From an uncultured virus (IMG/VR IMGVR_UViG_3300021431_000017) (lineage: Duplodnaviria; Heunggongvirae; Uroviricota; Caudoviricetes), in the IMG/VR virus record IMGVR_UViG_3300021431_000017: a stretch of 64,000 bases of DNA; one strand, 5' to 3'. This document shows positions 59,632 through 64,000 of the stretch, in pieces. Position 1 is the first letter of the stretch. Each line of letters opens with the position of its first letter. A model generated the notes under the pieces. That model searched no databases, was not told the origin of the DNA, and saw only the letters and a list, made by a program, of their open reading frames with translations. The translations under genes and the position numbers were made by a program.

Positions 59632-59700
59632 TCCTGAATAGTTCAATGGTAGAACACATGACTATATCGTGATATGTGGGTTCAATTCCCACTTCAGGTG
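59632..59700 (+). tRNA. atypical tRNA with a 5-nt anticodon loop (identity undetermined)
   Basis: TCCTGAA/TTCAGGT, GTTC/GAAC, CATGA-CTATA-TCGTG, GTGGG-TTCAATT-CCCAC. Confidence 0.65.
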
Positions 59701-59801
59701 CGCCGGATTGACCAACGTTGACGTCATTAAAACGTGGTGGGCGAGTGCTATCGTCAGCAGAGAAAATAGCATGTGGTTGTTGGTGCATCAACAACCAAAA
59801 C

Positions 59802-59876
59802 CCCCGTATATGCTTAACAGGTTAAAGGGTACCCCTTATAAGGGTAAGAGTGGTGGTTCGAGTCCACCTGCGGGGA
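59802..59876 (+). tRNA. tRNA-Ile(UAU), irregular D stem
   Basis: CCCCGTA/TGCGGGG, TACCC-CTTATAA-GGGTA, GGTGG-TTCGAGT-CCACC, discriminator A. Confidence 0.75.
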
Positions 59877-59879
59877 CGC

Positions 59880-59952
59880 GCCGACTTAGCTCAATTGGTA
59901 GAGCAACTGCCTTGTAAGTAGTAAGTTAGGGGTTCAAGTCCTCTAGTCGGCA
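59880..59952 (+). tRNA. tRNA-Thr(UGU)
   Basis: Canonical cloverleaf; ACTGC-CTTGTAA-GTAGT. Confidence 0.92.
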
Positions 59953-59953
59953 T

Positions 59954-60024
59954 TCCCGTGTAGTTCAACGGTAGAACAAGTGGCTTTGACCCACTCGATA
60001 CAAGTTCAACTCTTGTCACGGGTG
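59954..60024 (+). tRNA. tRNA-Gln(UUG)
   Basis: Canonical cloverleaf; AGTGG-CTTTGAC-CCACT. Confidence 0.88.
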
Positions 60025-60096
60025 CTATTATATGTTATATTAAAAATGCCTTATCGAATCGGAACCCTTACTCAGGTTTTCGCCTCCATTTTTGGG

Positions 60097-60133
60097 ATAC
60101 TGCAAGTTGCCATGACTTGCAGTATTTTTTTTT
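60097..60133 (+). terminator. intrinsic terminator after the tRNA cluster
   Basis: ATACTGCAAGT/ACTTGCAGTAT + T run. Confidence 0.8.
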
Positions 60134-60305
60134 ATACAATTTTTTAACAATTTCTTAATAAGTTGACTGCTTGCTTTTAAAGTACGCTAAAAGCGTGAAA
60201 AGAGAGCGAATATGCGTGATATTAGTGAGTACTTGACAAATACTATGCAAAAAGACAAATGCTCGTCTATGAGTGCTTTTTTGACGCTACACGAAGAGGT
60301 AAATA

Positions 60306-60689
60306 ATGTTCGTATATTACAACCCAAATCCACAGAACAAACTTGTGGGAGATTGTGTGATAAGAGCAATTTGCAAACTGACAGATAGGGATTGGGAAGA
60401 TGTTTATTTAGATATCGCACTTCAAGGTTTCATGATGCATGATATGCCAACAGCAAATCACGTTTGGGGTACGTATCTAAAAGAAAATCATTTTGTTCAG
60501 TCATTACTGCCCAATACTTGTCCTGACTGTTATACGGTAAAAGATTTCTGCGTAGACTTTCCAAAAGGTACTTATCTATTAGCGATAGGAAATCATGTAG
60601 TGGCAGTTCAAGACGGCAATTATTACGATGCTTGGGATAGTGGTGACGAATTACCTATCTTTTATTGGCAAAAGGAGGAAGTTAAATAA
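60306..60689 (+). CDS. putative papain-fold cysteine peptidase-like protein
   Basis: GDCVIRAI ... HVVAV.DG.YYD.WDS: Cys-His-Asp order. Confidence 0.55.
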   Translation: MFVYYNPNPQNKLVGDCVIRAICKLTDRDWEDVYLDIALQGFMMHDMPTANHVWGTYLKENHFVQSLLPNTCPDCYTVKDFCVDFPKGTYLLAIGNHVVAVQDGNYYDAWDSGDELPIFYWQKEEVK

Positions 60690-61099
60690 TGCCAGCATAT
60701 AACAACTATTTTCCGGTCGGATATCAGTATTATCAACCACAGTTTCAACAGCCTATTCAACCTACTCAATCACCCAATGTGGGAAATACTGGACCTAATG
60801 GAATTATCTGGGTGCAAGGGGAGGCAGGTGCAAAGTCGTATCTTGTGGCTCCTAATACAACAGTGCAGTTATGGGATAGTGAATCACAGACTATCTATCT
60901 CAAATCAGCCGATGCAACAGGAATGCCATCTATTAAAACTTTAGACTATACAATTCGTGAACTCCCTAATTCAACCCCAACTGTAGTACAGACTGTTCAG
61001 CCTGATTTAAGTAAATACGTAACTTGGGATGAATTGGAAGAAAAATTAAATTCTATGAAGGCAAGACCGATGCAGAGAAAGGAACACAGAGATGAGTAA
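60689..61099 (+). CDS. hypothetical protein with a Gln/Pro/Tyr-rich N-terminus
   Basis: WVQGEAGAKSYLVAPN...LWDSE...IYLKS.D..G.P; YVT..E tail. Confidence 0.75.
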   Translation: MPAYNNYFPVGYQYYQPQFQQPIQPTQSPNVGNTGPNGIIWVQGEAGAKSYLVAPNTTVQLWDSESQTIYLKSADATGMPSIKTLDYTIRELPNSTPTVVQTVQPDLSKYVTWDELEEKLNSMKARPMQRKEHRDE

Positions 61100-61292
61100 T
61101 CCGCTATTCAATCAGTACGGAAATAATCAGTACAGTAATATGATTCAGCGTTTTAATCAGTTTAAGCAGACATTTCACGGTGACCCTAAACAACAAGTTC
61201 AGAATCTTTTGAACAGCGGTAAAGTGTCACAACAGCAATACAATCAAGCAGTTCAAATGGCTAATGCATTTCAGAAAATGCTAGGCAAATAG
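61092..61292 (+). CDS. Gln/Asn-rich small protein
   Basis: NPLF...DPKQQVQNLLNSGKVSQQQYNQ. Confidence 0.75.
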   Translation: MSNPLFNQYGNNQYSNMIQRFNQFKQTFHGDPKQQVQNLLNSGKVSQQQYNQAVQMANAFQKMLGK

Positions 61293-61348
61293 TTATATAA
61301 ATTCCAAGTGCGCATAGGAGTTTGTATATAGAAGAAAGGAAATAAATT

Positions 61349-62197
61349 ATGTCTTTAGAAGAAAGTGGAAACGGACTTGTTATGCCAGTAGCACCGATGT
61401 ACGGTGGGGCAGGTTCCGGTTTCGGAAATGGTTTCGGCGGTGACGGATGGTGGATTCTTCTGCTGTTCATTCTGCTCGGAAACGGCGCTTGGGGCAACGG
61501 CTTCGGCGGTGGATTTGGTGGCGGAGACCTTTATCCTTGGATGAATCAGTCAAATCAGATTAATGGTGGATTCCGTGACCAGATGATTAACTCTAACATC
61601 GATTCTATTCAGAATGGTGTAAACAGCATTCAGACACAGTTGTGTAACGGTTTTGCCGGTGTAAATCAGACTGTACAGAATGGTTTTGCACAGGCTGAAA
61701 TTGCTGACAATGCACGTCAGATGGCTAACATGCAACAGGCCTTTGCAAATCAGACAGCAATGTCCCAGGGTTTCAACGCTCTCGGAACTCAGTTTGCGGA
61801 TTGTTGCTGTGAAAATCGCCTTGCTAGTGCTGACCTCAAATACACAATCGCTACAGAAAACTGTGCTGACCGTGCGGCGATTTCTGATGGTATTCGTGAC
61901 GTTATTGAAAACTGCAACCGCAACAATCAGCGTATTCTTGACCAACTCTGTGCTGACAAGATTGATGCTAAGAATGAGAAGATTGCAGACCTTGAACGTC
62001 AACTTACAATGGCTAATCTTGCGGCTTCGCAGACTGCTCAGACCGCACAGATTCGTGCAGGACAGGTTGCAGAGATTGACGCTATGTACAATCGTCTGAA
62101 GGATTGCCCTGTGCCGACAATGCCGGTATACGGTCAGACACCTATCTTTACTTGCCCGAACAATAACTGCGGATGCGGTTGTAGCGGTCAGTTCTGA
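61349..62197 (+). CDS. Gly-rich hydrophobic + coiled-coil + Cys-cluster protein
   Basis: GFGGDGWWILLLFILL, DCCCE, C-terminal CGCGC; codon bias like the capsid gene. Confidence 0.8.
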   Translation: MSLEESGNGLVMPVAPMYGGAGSGFGNGFGGDGWWILLLFILLGNGAWGNGFGGGFGGGDLYPWMNQSNQINGGFRDQMINSNIDSIQNGVNSIQTQLCNGFAGVNQTVQNGFAQAEIADNARQMANMQQAFANQTAMSQGFNALGTQFADCCCENRLASADLKYTIATENCADRAAISDGIRDVIENCNRNNQRILDQLCADKIDAKNEKIADLERQLTMANLAASQTAQTAQIRAGQVAEIDAMYNRLKDCPVPTMPVYGQTPIFTCPNNNCGCGCSGQF

Positions 62198-62208
62198 GGT
62201 ACATAATC

Positions 62209-62664
62209 ATGGCAGAATATACTTATAATCCGATTCAATTAGTGGAACCTAATCAGAATGTTATTCTGAATAATAACATTCCGTGTAACAGAGGTTATGT
62301 TCTGCATCGTGAAGAATCCGGAATTGTTACTCTCCGTGGTATTGTCAATAACCCTCAGTGTTGTTTCGCACGTTATCAGGTTACATTCAACGGCAACATC
62401 GCTGTTCCAGAGGATGGAACTGTCGGTCCGATTGCGGTAGCGTTGGCTATTGATGGTGAACCTATTCAGACCAGTCGTGCTATCGTAACACCTGCGGCTG
62501 TAGATGAGTACTTTAATGTAACATCTACCGCATTTGTAACAGTCCCAAGAGGTTGTTGCTTTAATGTAGCCGTTGAAAATGTATCGTTTGGTGCAACTGC
62601 GGCAGACCCTGCGACAGCAATTAACGTGCAGAATGCAAACCTTACAGTTCAGCGAGTGGCGTAA
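62209..62664 (+). CDS. all-beta protein resembling the BclA C-terminal/C1q-TNF fold
   Basis: YQVTFNGNI, VALAIDGEP, final NANLTVQRVA strand; two CC pairs. Confidence 0.65.
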   Translation: MAEYTYNPIQLVEPNQNVILNNNIPCNRGYVLHREESGIVTLRGIVNNPQCCFARYQVTFNGNIAVPEDGTVGPIAVALAIDGEPIQTSRAIVTPAAVDEYFNVTSTAFVTVPRGCCFNVAVENVSFGATAADPATAINVQNANLTVQRVA

Positions 62665-62682
62665 TAGAAGGGAGATATTATA

Positions 62683-63252
62683 ATGTCGAAAAGAACTTAT
62701 GAGGAACTTCGTGATATGTTACGCCATGAACTTGACGTACTCACGAAAAAGGGTGAGATTACAAAAGATAATCTCGACAATTTCAACAAACTGACTAACA
62801 CTCTGTGGAAAGTCGAAGAATTGATGCAGTCTGAGGGTTCATCTAATTCAGATGGTCAAAGCATGAACTATTCCAGAATGATGCGATACCCAGGTTACAA
62901 TTCTATGACACAAGGTAACAGTAATGAAACAGGCTATAGTCAAGGCTCATATGATACAGGAATGTCTAACAGAGATTCTTACAATGATGGATACTCACGG
63001 GACGGGAATTATGCCAGTCGAGGGTCATATGCAAGAACCGGACGAGACGGTGATGGTGATGGGCGATATAGCGAAAACGAAGGTAGTTATCGTAGGGGAC
63101 GTGATTCGTACAGAGGATACAACCGTGATGGGTACAGCAGACACACTGCGAAAGAACGCATGATTGAAAAACTTGAAGGTATGGCTGATAAAGCAACGTC
63201 TGAAAAAGACCGCATGGCCATCATGGATTGTATTGAAGAGTTAGAAAAGTAA
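62683..63252 (+). CDS. protein with a disordered Gly/Tyr/Ser/Arg/Asp-rich core
   Basis: Repeated G(Y)S(Y)R and RGRD motifs between helical ends. Confidence 0.75.
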   Translation: MSKRTYEELRDMLRHELDVLTKKGEITKDNLDNFNKLTNTLWKVEELMQSEGSSNSDGQSMNYSRMMRYPGYNSMTQGNSNETGYSQGSYDTGMSNRDSYNDGYSRDGNYASRGSYARTGRDGDGDGRYSENEGSYRRGRDSYRGYNRDGYSRHTAKERMIEKLEGMADKATSEKDRMAIMDCIEELEK

Positions 63253-63608
63253 TGGACATTAAATTGATTGAACGAACAATAAATGAGTTGGAAAATTCAG
63301 AAACAAATTTTGCGAATTGTGCGGATTTGGCTTATCTGTACATCGTCAGAAGTTTTTATCAACCTAATGAAACGGATGACGTTGAGCGTGAATTGTCAGA
63401 TATAACTCCAAGTTATAAGATATATCGAAACATAAAACGAAATTATCAGTTGGGCGTGACTAACGAAGATGAAGTTTTATTGGCAATGAGTCAAGTGTGC
63501 AGAGAGATATATGAATTTATAATGACTATATATAGTAGTACAAACACTGCTGAGGAACGTAAATTATTAAGTAGGGCAATCAATAAAGCATGTCAGGAAA
63601 TGCGCTGA
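63252..63608 (+). CDS. hypothetical helical protein
   Basis: Coupled ORF; last gene before the terminator. Confidence 0.7.
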   Translation: MDIKLIERTINELENSETNFANCADLAYLYIVRSFYQPNETDDVERELSDITPSYKIYRNIKRNYQLGVTNEDEVLLAMSQVCREIYEFIMTIYSSTNTAEERKLLSRAINKACQEMR

Positions 63609-63657
63609 ATAAGCGCATTTTTTATTGTTTGCACAACTCAAAAATATGTTGTATAAT
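63598..63657 (+). promoter_or_regulatory. terminator followed by a promoter
   Basis: AAATGCGCT/AGCGCATTT + T run; TTGCAC-17 bp-TATAAT. Confidence 0.7.
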
Positions 63658-63686
63658 GTTTACGTAAAAGAAAGCGAGGGTCACAC

Positions 63687-64000
63687 ATGGCGATTACAGT
63701 AAATATTAAAAAAGCGGTTAAGTGCAACGGAGATTATTCATTATTTCTTTCCTTTCCGTATGATTACAGCATTGTCGAAACTATCAAAGAATTTCCGACA
63801 AGATTTTGGAATAAAGAGACAAAAGAATGGGAACTGCCGTTCAATAAACTTGGCGAACTTACTGAAAAATTAAGCAGATACGATTTTAATATTACAGGAA
63901 CATATGTAAACACTACAAAGAAAACAGTTGCGTTACCTAAAGAATTCTCATTCAAAACTAAGCCGTTTCAGCATCAGATGGAAGGCATTGAATACGGATT
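63687..64000 (+). CDS. 5' part of a SNF2-like helicase (HARP-like N-terminus), truncated by the window
   Basis: MAITV...SFPYD...RFWNKETKEWELP...KTKPFQHQMEGIEYG. Confidence 0.75.
   Translation, partial: MAITVNIKKAVKCNGDYSLFLSFPYDYSIVETIKEFPTRFWNKETKEWELPFNKLGELTEKLSRYDFNITGTYVNTTKKTVALPKEFSFKTKPFQHQMEGIEYG

Noticed and set aside
59698..59800. Hammerhead or theta/HDV ribozyme next to tRNAs
   Set aside because: CTGACGA occurs on the minus strand without a matching GAAA core; no HDV-like L3/P1.1 pattern recognised
59546..59917. ORFs over the tRNA cluster
   Set aside because: They overlap tRNAs and structured RNA and lack RBSs
1..64000. Lysogeny module or stop-codon reassignment
   Set aside because: No integrase or repressor seen; genes are intact in the standard code and no suppressor tRNA is present

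Overview
The window is most of a tailed phage genome (siphovirus-type gene order, probably infecting a Bacillota/Clostridia host); both ends fall inside genes. 1-26.8 kb (+): a nearly self-sufficient replication/recombination module with initiator and internal iterons, DnaC-like loader, DnaB, primase, SSB, family A polymerase, beta clamp, a three-subunit DnaX-type clamp loader, RecA, RecU, a Cas4-like nuclease and ThyX-like and dNTP diphosphohydrolase genes. It is interrupted by a glycosyltransferase + TGT/DpdA-like + YhhQ cassette with no Que biosynthesis genes. 27.1-33.0 kb (-): small early-type ORFs punctuated by a repeated, covarying internal-loop hairpin and a 13-nt motif. 33.0-34.6 kb: a long non-coding region with purine-pyrimidine tracts and ~71-bp repeats. 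34.6-59.3 kb (+): packaging, head, tail and lysis genes. 56.6-60.0 kb: three tRNA-Leu-like scaffolds with unrelated 51-121 nt inserts and a non-canonical 6-bp T stem, a pseudoknot, a loop-collapsed tRNA and three tRNAs. 60.3-63.6 kb: a seven-gene operon of unknown function (Cys protease-like, Gly-rich/coiled-coil/CCC protein, BclA/C1q-like protein). The best candidates for new biology are the tRNA-like scaffolds, the seven-gene operon, the salvage-type deazaguanine + glycosyltransferase cassette and possible virion glycosylation. No integrase, repressor, reverse transcriptase or CRISPR array was seen. All family calls come from motif recognition by eye, not from database searches.
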